Shown: positions 48,601 through 58,600 of the stretch, one piece after another
Layout: each line of letters begins with the position of its first letter
Position numbering within the stretch: the stretch's first letter is position 1
Assembly (NCBI GenBank): GCA_963665095.1
Contig: OY762069.1
Location: 4,256,001 to 4,320,000, forward strand
Source: an uncultured Desulfobacter sp.
Lineage (GTDB): Bacteria > Desulfobacterota > Desulfobacteria > Desulfobacterales > Desulfobacteraceae
Reading direction: 5' to 3'
DNA: 64,000 nucleotides
Translations under genes and position numbers: made by a program
Notes under the pieces: model-generated
Databases searched by the model: none
What the model was told of the DNA's origin: nothing
The model's input: only the letters and a program-made list of their open reading frames with translations

Positions 48601-50586
48601 CTAATGAACCCGGCCCTGTTTTTCATTGATCATTTTCTGAATATCAGGCAACCGGGCAAAACACGCCTCCATGCCACGGCGCATGAGCGCAATACCTTCA
48701 TGAAAGTCATCCCAGGCAAACGTGCTAACGTCCGGATAGAGTACAAGGTCTGCGTTTTTGACATAATCCCCTGTTGCACGGCCGTGGACAATACTGATGG
48801 TCCGGGAGATAATCTCTTTAATACCCGGGTCTTTATTTTGTGACCCGGCACCTGATGCCTCTGATTCAATGCTTACAGCGATAACCATGTCTGCGCCTTT
48901 TCTGATCAGCACATCCACCGGAACCGGGTTCAGGAGCCCTCCGTCCACCATCCAGCGGCCCTGGTGTTTGAAGGGATAAAACACGGCCGGGATGGCGATG
49001 CTGGAGCGAACGGCATCGGTAACATCGCCGGTCTCAAAAATCACTTCCTCTTCATTCAGGATGTCTACGCCCACCAGGTAGGTTGGAATCATAAGATCCA
49101 GGAAATCTGCACTATTTACAGCGTTTCTTACCAGTTGGGCCGCTTTTTTTCCCTTAAGCAGCCCTTGTTTTGGAAGGGTATAATCAAAAATTTTTCTGCG
49201 GGTGTCTGACCGAGTTTGAAACAGGTCGATGGTAGACTGCTTCAATTTCTCCACCGAGGCTGTGGCGGCATAAATCCCGCCCACCAGCGCCCCCATGCTG
49301 GTTCCGGCGATCATGTCGATGTGAATACCGGCCTCCTCCAGAACTTTCAGAACACCAATGTGGGCCCATCCCCTTGCAGCCCCGGCCCCCAGAGCAAGCC
49401 CCAGCCGGATGCCTGCGATTTCCCGGGCCACGGCCCTGGGGCCCTTTACCGGAAAACATTTATGGGTATCAATGCGGTCATTAAACGCCGGCTCGGAACG
49501 GTCCACCCAGATGCCGGGCGTTTCAGAAAGCCCCAGGCGCTGCGCAAGTTCCTGCCGTGCCACCCCTTTTTCCCCGTACAGATGGCTGACCCCGACACGG
49601 ATGCGCCCTAAAAACGCACTGCTCCCGCAAATCTGCTCAAGTTCCTGAAGCCTGGACCTGACCCCTGCGATCTTCTCTTCGGTATTATGAACGAGTAAAA
49701 ATGTCCGGTCACACAGCCGGACAAACAACCGCTCCATATCATTGAGGCAGTGGGTCAGATTGAAAAACACCACATCATAAGACTCTTTCAGGCCTGCCAT
49801 CAACGCCGGCATAATCTCAGACAACCTGTCGGAAAACCCACTCTTCAGCTGCAGCACATGAAACCCTGATCCATGCGCATACCAGTGGATATCCTCAGGC
49901 TTATAACTGCCCTCGGGCAGCACCCTGAAAAGCCCCGGGTCCGGACACCCCATCCGGGCCAGCTCATACTTGTGCATAATCCGTTCCGCTTCAAGATGAG
50001 GCTCAATCACCACCACCCGTTTCTGCGATTCATCAGAGATATGAAAGGAAACAGAATAAAGAAAATGAGACACTCCCAGCTCAGGCCCGGTGGCAGAAAC
50101 CGCATAAAAAACCGGTACCATTGCCCTGCGCCCCACACCACCCGCCTCCGTGGCCATACGCTTGGCATAATACCGGCTTAGATACAACCCAATACTTTTA
50201 TTCTTCTTAAGCAGAACCTCGAAATTCTCCCGGGTCAGGCAAAACAAAACCACATCCAGCGACGCCGTCACCGTCGCCTGCCGCTCCCCCCGGGAAAGCA
50301 ACGCCAGCTCCCCGAAAAAATCCCCCCGCTTCAACTCCTGAACAAAAAACTCCCTCCCGTCAACCTCCTTGAACACCGACACAGCACCCGACCGGATCAC
50401 ATACATGGAATCACCAGCCACGCCCTGCCGGCAAATCACGTCGCCTTTACTATAAACCACCTTGCTGAACAGCCCGGAAAGATCCCGGATCTGCTCTGCC
50501 GGCACCGACGAAAACAGCGGCACGCGCGACAGGAAATCATAGAGATCGTGTACTTTTGCTTTCATAGTAATGATTCTTTTGGGCAA
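48601..50586 (-). CDS. cNMP-binding + patatin phospholipase protein
   Basis: GDFFGELALL..RQATV; GAGAARG, GTSMG, DGG; start may be ATG 50565. Confidence 0.9.
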   Translation of the reverse strand: MPKRIITMKAKVHDLYDFLSRVPLFSSVPAEQIRDLSGLFSKVVYSKGDVICRQGVAGDSMYVIRSGAVSVFKEVDGREFFVQELKRGDFFGELALLSRGERQATVTASLDVVLFCLTRENFEVLLKKNKSIGLYLSRYYAKRMATEAGGVGRRAMVPVFYAVSATGPELGVSHFLYSVSFHISDESQKRVVVIEPHLEAERIMHKYELARMGCPDPGLFRVLPEGSYKPEDIHWYAHGSGFHVLQLKSGFSDRLSEIMPALMAGLKESYDVVFFNLTHCLNDMERLFVRLCDRTFLLVHNTEEKIAGVRSRLQELEQICGSSAFLGRIRVGVSHLYGEKGVARQELAQRLGLSETPGIWVDRSEPAFNDRIDTHKCFPVKGPRAVAREIAGIRLGLALGAGAARGWAHIGVLKVLEEAGIHIDMIAGTSMGALVGGIYAATASVEKLKQSTIDLFQTRSDTRRKIFDYTLPKQGLLKGKKAAQLVRNAVNSADFLDLMIPTYLVGVDILNEEEVIFETGDVTDAVRSSIAIPAVFYPFKHQGRWMVDGGLLNPVPVDVLIRKGADMVIAVSIESEASGAGSQNKDPGIKEIISRTISIVHGRATGDYVKNADLVLYPDVSTFAWDDFHEGIALMRRGMEACFARLPDIQKMINEKQGRVH

Positions 50587-50613
50587 CCCTATTTGTACAG
50601 CACTTGGCCACCT

Positions 50614-52623
50614 TTAGTTTATGCATTCAAGAGAATACTTTTTTAAGGACAAAATTCTTCGAATGATATCCTCTCTAAACTGGACAGCAAAAGCCCCTAA
50701 ATCTGATAAATCCATTCTTGCTCCAAAGCTGTCATAGATTTTTATTGATGTAACCGGGCGATGCCAGTCTTTCCACTTCTTATGGTTCTGCACATAACCA
50801 CCACGAACATAAAGCCTATTGCGAAAAACTTCCTGAACGTCTTTCAGCCATTTTTTCTGTTCTTTAACCTGATAGTTAGTTTTTGTTGATCGTAATAAAT
50901 AATCAAGTAATTTTTCAAAAGTCTTGATATACCTTGCATCATCTACTGCTTCTCTAAACCCTTTATGCACTAAAGTGCTCAGCGGCCCTTCATCACCTTC
51001 TCTCTGGGCCCGGGCAATTGTTATTGCATTCCCGGAAAAGGTCTGAGGGGAAAAAATATCATCTTTTGCTCTGTCTGTATGTTTCCAGATTGCCCAGTAA
51101 AAAGTGCCTTTTGCTTCATAAACCCAGGGAATAATCCCCACTGCAAAACGGGGTTTTCCTGGAGACGCATAGAAACTGAGGCCTCCGTTATATGTAAAAA
51201 GACTGCGACCAGCTTTTTTGCAGGCTTCATACTTTTCCGGTGACGGGCAGTTAGTACTCCAGACATGATGGTGGTGGGACAATTTCTTCTCATCTTCTTT
51301 ATGGTAGAACACACCAAAAGTCATCAACTCCGGTGTATTTCTCTCCACCATGGGAAAAACTTTATTATACCATTCAAGCCGTTCCGGCTTCGGCTTGTGG
51401 TCAGGCTCATCCAGAATTGCTGCCGGGATATCTCCATGCCCGCAAGCACTCATCTGGCTATAAAACTGCTTTAATGTCTGAGTTAAATAATCCTCAAAAG
51501 GAGGTGATAAATCCGTAGCTGCATATTGTGTGCGATACTTTACCTTTCTGCCATTGGTAATTACCGGCCGATTCAACAGCATAAACAACTGGTTTATAAC
51601 CTTTGGACTGTCACCCCCTAGAAATACAGTATGAGGGCCATGAAACCCCAGTTTATCAAGCATTTTAAGATAATCAACATAAGGAGAAAAATCCGCTGAT
51701 ACTTTATTATTCTCAATGCTTATCCGATTGGATGAAGTGGACCACCAGGATACCTGGGTGTGACCGTGTTCCAGAAGGTTCATGGCCTCTTTTTCATCCA
51801 CAAACGAAGAGATGTAGGCACCTCTGGCCCAGTCTAAAGCCAAGTCCAGTTCAAACGGCAGCACTGTCAACTCTATTGGGATTTCAGAAAGCAAGTCGTC
51901 CTGTTGTTTTATGATTAAATTCCCTGAATAAATGCCAGCTGCCGCAGTTTTCGGAATAAAAATATCCAGCCAGACAGCCTGACAGGTTTGCCTCCGGATA
52001 TCTATTTGGGCAAGATCAAGCAACGCCACCGGTTCCTCTTCGTACCTGAAAGGGAGATATGTTTGCTTTTGAGAAGGATCAATATCCATGTCAGCTGACA
52101 CTTGAGTCGACTGCTTTTTCCTGGTCAGGACATTGTAAACAAAATACGTTCTAATATCCGCCCCATTACTTTTTATTACAACTTTTGCATCTTTATGGAC
52201 AAGATCCGTAAGCTGAACTGAGACCCCTTTAAGCTCCGTTGAAGACCATATGCCGATCTGAGCAGACTCCCATTCATTTTTTGCCCCTTTGATTTTCAAC
52301 ACATCAAGTCTGGCTTTTTTATTTCCTGGCGGTGTAAATTTTCTGACTTTTTTAAGGATTCCGGCATTGAAAATATGCAGTGCCGGCCAGACACCTGAAC
52401 GGTCTTTCGGTTGCAGATCCGGTCTTCCAGGAAGTTCAACTCCTTGCGCCTTCAACGCCAAAACGGCCTGTTCATGACGAGTCAACGCCTCAATGGAAGC
52501 CTTTCTTTCCCACACCAGATTAAAATTGAGTTGAACCTCTGCGGCAAATACCTGCACTGAAAACAAAATAAAAAAGGGGTATAAAAAAAACCCCTTTTTT
52601 ACTGCAGCCCAATTATTTCTCAT
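50614..52623 (-). CDS. Secreted GH123/DUF4091-like putative glycoside hydrolase
   Basis: Signal peptide (..VQVFA-AE), GAKNEWESAQI, WLDIFIP...GIYSG, DEP, REAVDDARY. Confidence 0.6.
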   Translation of the reverse strand: MRNNWAAVKKGFFLYPFFILFSVQVFAAEVQLNFNLVWERKASIEALTRHEQAVLALKAQGVELPGRPDLQPKDRSGVWPALHIFNAGILKKVRKFTPPGNKKARLDVLKIKGAKNEWESAQIGIWSSTELKGVSVQLTDLVHKDAKVVIKSNGADIRTYFVYNVLTRKKQSTQVSADMDIDPSQKQTYLPFRYEEEPVALLDLAQIDIRRQTCQAVWLDIFIPKTAAAGIYSGNLIIKQQDDLLSEIPIELTVLPFELDLALDWARGAYISSFVDEKEAMNLLEHGHTQVSWWSTSSNRISIENNKVSADFSPYVDYLKMLDKLGFHGPHTVFLGGDSPKVINQLFMLLNRPVITNGRKVKYRTQYAATDLSPPFEDYLTQTLKQFYSQMSACGHGDIPAAILDEPDHKPKPERLEWYNKVFPMVERNTPELMTFGVFYHKEDEKKLSHHHHVWSTNCPSPEKYEACKKAGRSLFTYNGGLSFYASPGKPRFAVGIIPWVYEAKGTFYWAIWKHTDRAKDDIFSPQTFSGNAITIARAQREGDEGPLSTLVHKGFREAVDDARYIKTFEKLLDYLLRSTKTNYQVKEQKKWLKDVQEVFRNRLYVRGGYVQNHKKWKDWHRPVTSIKIYDSFGARMDLSDLGAFAVQFREDIIRRILSLKKYSLECIN

Positions 52624-52671
52624 TGATAAACCTCATATAAGCTGTCTCAAAATACAAATTTTGAAATAGTT

Positions 52672-55600
52672 CTATTGCACGCCGCCTTCCGGGCGATCAA
52701 TATCAGAATCCCCCTTGGTAATAAGCCAGTGGTCCGCTTGAAAAATATCTGCATGAACACTCTCATCAACACCTCCGGGATGGACCAAAAAAAACCGCTC
52801 AGGCTCACGCCTGATAAACCCGAAATATTTAAGGGCAGCTTCAAGTTTTTTATTGATGACTTCAAAGGTAATGGTGTCAAATCCCAATTTATCGCACTCT
52901 TTTCGGATCACCTCAAAAATACTTAATAAAAGTTTCTGATCGGATATTGGGCAGACCAGGTCAACCACAAACGCCCGCCTGTATTTATAAGGAGTGTGGG
53001 CTCCCGGTTCCCTGAACATGAGCACAGCAACTGCCACAATCTTATCATCTTTTATCATTTCAATCCGCTTGAAAGACTGGCCAGGCTGATCCGCATATTT
53101 CCAGTTAAGGTAGGACGCATCCCGAACCACAGCGTATTTATAATCATGACACACCTGGTCCCATAGTTGATCATGCTGGTCAGAAAACCGTTCAACTTCA
53201 CGGACGTCAAGATCAAGCAGGTTTGCCCGAGCCTTTAAATTCTTCTTATATGTCAGCATTTGCAGCCCCGCGCCAACGGCACCCGCCATCAAGGCATTCA
53301 TTTTCCCTTTCAACATATTACCCGGACGCAGAGGGTAGACATATATCTGGAGGGGAGCCACCTGCTGCCACCCCAGACTGAAGAGAATGGCACGCATCTC
53401 CTTTGTCTGGCCCAGTGACAGGCTAAAGGGCATATCCTGCCGGGTTTTCATCATAATAACAGGACCAAGACCTTTGTCCCGGCATGATTTTAAAACCATT
53501 GTATCAACACACCAGGCAGTTGGAACAATCGCACCATCCAGCCAGGCGTTAACAGGAATTGCGCCGGTGTAGGCAATGACATTGCCCGCCTCTATATAAT
53601 TCCACATCACAGGCTCAAGACCTAACCGGTCTGCAGATTCAAGATACATCCAGCGCCACCTGGGTTCCAATAAATCCTGGTCTCTATTGGGCCACGCTTT
53701 GGCAAAGAACTCCAGGATCTGTGGCTCCATTGAAGCGCTGTAGCCAACAATTCTATTTTCAATACTTTTTTGCCCGGTTAAACCCTTTTCTTGGGATACA
53801 GCCTCTGACATGCTGGTCAACAACCAGTCGGCAAGGGCAGTGATATTGGGATAATCATGGATAATCACAATATCCATCAGTCCGAATTTCTTTTTGATAC
53901 TTACAGATAATTCAGCGGCAATCAAAGAGTCCACCCCGATTTCAGTGAAATCGCCCTCTATGGAGAGATCATGACCGGTTTCATAGCCAAGCAGATGCCC
54001 GACCTCATCTGAAAGAAGTTGAATTAAAACACCCTTTCTTTTCTGGGGCTCTGTGTCCAGAAGGATCTTGCCCCATTTCGACAGCGTCCCAGTTTTAGCC
54101 GAACTCTCAGTGTCTGATCCAGGGCGACACAACGAAATCAAGGGCCTAACACGCCGGGCCTCATAAATCCCTGAAAAAATACCCCAGTCAATATCCGCAA
54201 CCACCATACCGCTTTTGTCAGCTTCAAGCAGGGTTTGAAATACTTTTATGGCGGCGTCCGGGTCAAGGGCATAGTTGCCGATCCTGGCATAGCCGGAAAT
54301 ATCTTCACTGCTTGCCATACCCCCCTGATCCCACGGGCCCCAGTTAATGCTGATACCAGGCAGCCCTTTTTTCCGCCTGAAACCAATAACCGAGTCAACA
54401 AAAGCATTGGCAGCGCTATAATGCGCCCTACTTTCCGACCCGAGTACGGAAGATATGGATGAAAAACAGACAAAGGCATCCAGGTCAAAATCACAAGCGT
54501 ACTGATGGAGCAGCCAGGTACCTTCGACCTTTGGGGTCAAAACCAGACCCAGGTCTTCAGGGCTCATGTCATCTACAGCTTTAGGAATATCAATCCCAGC
54601 CAAATGAAAAATGCCTTTCAAAGGGATTTGATCTGATGCAAGGCTTTCAAAAAACGGGGAAACTTCACTTTCCTCACCGATATCAAGGGCCACAACCTTA
54701 AGTGCGGCACCGGCCTTTTTCACAGAGGCGATAAAACCTGTCGCATCTTTGCTTTCCATTCCTTTACGGCTCGTTGTAATGATCTGCGTTGCCCCACATG
54801 ACGCCAGCCAGAGGATCACTCTGCGGCCCAGTGCGCCCAGTCCGCCTGTCACCAGGTACACCCCCTGGTCTGAAATATTCACCTTTCGGTCTGAAAGGAC
54901 TTTTTCCCTTATCAGCCGGGGCACCAGGCGTCCGGATCTATCCAGGCGAACCTGATCTTCATTGTCAGGAAAGGTTAATTCCCTGCCAAGCGCCCTGATC
55001 CCGGAATCAATGTCAAATCCGGAAGCCAGTTCAATCAGCCCGCCCCATATGCCAGGATGCTCCAGGGCAACCCCCCGGCCAAAACCCCACATAAGGGACT
55101 GAAGGGCTGCCATCTCTGTTTGCTGAGTAACAACCCATAGTTTGGGCTTTGACATATTTTCCAGAGAATGGATGGTGCGGGATAGTAATAAAAGCCGGCT
55201 CAAATATTGTTCTTCAAAGAACCGGATATCGGAAGCGCTTATATCTGCTTTATCGCACCCCTTCATTCCCCATAAAAACGCAATGCCGCTGACAGGGCCA
55301 TGGGACTTGGCGACCTCATTAAAAAGCTGAATAAAACCGTCCTGAACATCCGGTTTTATAACAAAAAGATCAGATGACGCTTTGTTGTAGCCTTTGCCAG
55401 GAATAACCTTAAAGGCACAGTGGCCTTTTTCTTTCAACTCTTTAACCAGCGCATTTCCTGTATCCTCATTGTCGGACAGAACCAGCCAGACTCCGGGCTT
55501 GTCAGAAGAGGAAAGGCTGTTTGTCTTATAAGCGCTTTCAATCCATTTAACTTTATACAGGCTGTCGGACAAATCACTCTTTCCGGCATGGCTGGCAACT

Positions 55601-58600
55601 GACTGGAATTTTGTTTTCAGCCAATAATGACCATGATGGAACTGATAACCGGGGAGATCAGCCTTATTACGATCTTCCGGATTGTAAAGCCCGGACCAGG
55701 TAAAATCAGCGCCCATGGTAAACAGGCGGGACAGGCTGCCATACATGGTCTGCCAGGCAGGCTTATTTTTTCTTAGGGAAGGCAGCCAGGCCATGTTATC
55801 AGAGGCCAGGCAAAGACTACCCATGCCAAGGAGAATTGGGTGGGGGCCGATTTCAATAAAGGTTGACACCTCTTTTTCATCCAGGGTGGCCATGGCATCC
55901 AGGAAACGAACCGCCTGTCTGACCTGGGCCTGCCAGTATTCCGGGCCAATTTTATCAATTTCCAGCATATTGCCGTCAACGCAGCTTATGACCGGAAACT
56001 GCGGTGGATTTAATTCAATGTCCGCCACAACCTTCATGTACGCTTCCAGCATCGGCTCAACCTGCGGGGAGTGGAATGCATGGGATACATTAAGGTATTT
56101 AAAGTCGATATTATCCTTTTCCAGGTCTGCAACGATTTGGTCCAGGGCATGGGCGGCCCCGGATAATACAACCTGATCAGGTCCGTTGACTGATGCAATG
56201 GAAATCTGATCTTCCTGGGCATTTATCAATGCAATGGCAGACGCTTCATCCATCCGGACAGCCGCCATCTTACCTCCGGAAGGTAAGGCCTGCATCAGCT
56301 TTCCCCTGGCATGGATCAACTTTAGCCCGTCGGAAAGGCTTAGTACGCCTGCGACCGTTAACGCAATAATTTCACCGGCGCTGTGACCGGCGGCATAATC
56401 AGGCCTGATCCCCCAGGACAGCCAGAGCTGGCTTAACGCGTACTCGATACAGAACAAGCAAAGCTGAGTATACAATGTCTGGTCAATACGGGCGGTATCC
56501 TGGCCTGCTTCATCCGGGTAAATTACCTGCATTAGCGGGCAGTCAGTCCATTCATCCAGAACAGTGACGCATTCATCCATGGCAGCCTTGAAAACAGGGC
56601 TGGTCTCATATAACTCACGGCCCATGGATACATATTGTGACCCCTGGCCTGTAAACAGGAAGGCAATCCTGCCTTTGTTTTTTCCAAAATCAGATTTACC
56701 AACCGTACACCCTGCCGGATATTCCCCTTTGGAGAACTGCTCGATACTGTTTGTCAGGGCCTCAAGATCCGGAGAGATAAACGCAACCCTGTTTCCAAAA
56801 TGACGGCGCTTAACACCTGCTGTAAAACATACATCCGCAATATCAAGGCAGGGTCTGCTTTTCAGGTAACCGGAAGTCTCTTCGGCAATCTTCATCAAAG
56901 AGGCATTGGTATCTGCAGACAGCGGGAAAAGATGCAGCGTCGGGACGGGCCCGATTTTCAGGGCAGATGCTGTCTCGTCTTTCACGCACGTTCTGCCGGG
57001 CTCTTCAAGAATCATATGCACGTTGGCCCCGCCAACACCAAAAGAACTGACACCTGCACGCCTGGGTACTTCCTGTTCCTGTCCGTCAATTGTAAAAACA
57101 GGTTTTTCCCATTCTGAAATATCACGCTGAACGTTAAAAGGGATGTCTTTAAAAGGAATTTTTGAATTTAGTTTGCCCGATGTAATACTGGGTAAAAGGC
57201 ACTTTTTTTCAAACTGCAAAAGCACCTTGATCAGACTTAACACAGCGGCTCCGGATTCCAGATGGCCGATATTGGGTTTGATTGACCCTATTGAGCAGGC
57301 ATGTCCGCATTGAATGGCATTATCCCACAGGCTCTTATTTGTGTAGGCAAGGGTCAGGCCCCTTACCTCTATAGGATCCCCTAAAGAAGTTCCTGTGCCA
57401 TGGGTCTCCACATATGATACGGTTCTTGGGTCTATACCGGCATCCCGAATACATTTGCTTATGGCCAGGGCCTGGGCACCAGGGTTGGGGGCAGTGAACC
57501 CGATGCTTCCGGTGCCGGAACTCAAGGCTGTTCCCTTTATGATGCCGTAGACATGATCCCGGTCTTTCCGGGCATCTGCCAGAGGTTTTAAAATAACAAC
57601 GCCTGCGCCCTCACCTAAAAGGACGCCATTGGAATCATCGCAGAAGGGCCGGCATCTTCCCGTGGGAGAAAGAATGCCAAGGCGTTTTAGCTGCCCAAAG
57701 CGGTTGGGGTCCAAAATCAGGTTCACACCGCCGGCAACGGCCATGCGGCACTCTTTTGCCCTTAGCGCCATGCAGGCCACGTGAACCGCTGTTCCGGAAG
57801 AGGAGCATGCCGTATCAACTGTAAAACTTGGCCCCCGAAAGCCCATAAAATGGCTCAACCTGTTGGCGATACTGAATGTTTCCCAGCTTCTGTAAAGGCT
57901 TTTGCTCTCATTGGCGGCCTGGTTGGCTCGAAATGAATAGTCACTATACATGGCACCCATATAGACGCCTGTATCTTCGGTAAAGCTTTCACCTGTATAA
58001 CCGGCATCTTCCAGGGCTTTCCAGGATGTTTCAAGAACCAACCGGGTCTGGGGGTCTGTCAGGGCAGCCTCCCTTGGCGATATTTTGAAAAACTCGGCAT
58101 CAAAACCGTCAACATCATCCATTAACCCTGCCCAGTGCTCCAGATCCCCTTCAAAGGGCTCCAGAAAAAACGGGCGGTCCGGTGTTATTTTCCGAATGGA
58201 GGAGCCTTGCCCGGAAAGAAGATTCCATAACGCCTCTTTAGTTTGTCCCCCGGAACAGGAAACGCCAATGCCGATCACTGCAATATCGTGCAAAGAAGAG
58301 GCCTCCCTCTTATCCGGAAAATCAAAAACAGGCTCATGACCGGTCTGTGCCTCGCCTTCTTTACATATTGCCTCAACAATATCTGAAACACTTCGGTGTT
58401 CAAAAAGCAGGGTGATTGGCAGCCAGGAAAATTTTTCAAAAAGCGCCACAGTAATTTCAACAATTTTAAATGAGTCACACCCCAGTTCTTCAAGGAGGTC
58501 CCCTTTTTTGACATCTGCCACCGGTATTTTCAATTCCCGGGAGAAGATGTTGTAAACCAGGTTGGACAAGCTTTCTTTATCAAGGGGTGCTAAGATTTTT

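Noticed and set aside
48601..50586. CBASS-type patatin effector
   Set aside because: No CD-NTase nearby; the adjacent nucleotidyltransferase is a 100-aa MNT paired with HEPN
52570..52600. Hairpin AAAAAAGGGGT...ACCCCTTTTTT as a terminator
   Set aside because: Lies within the signal-peptide coding region and has a weak stem; cannot be supported without transcript data
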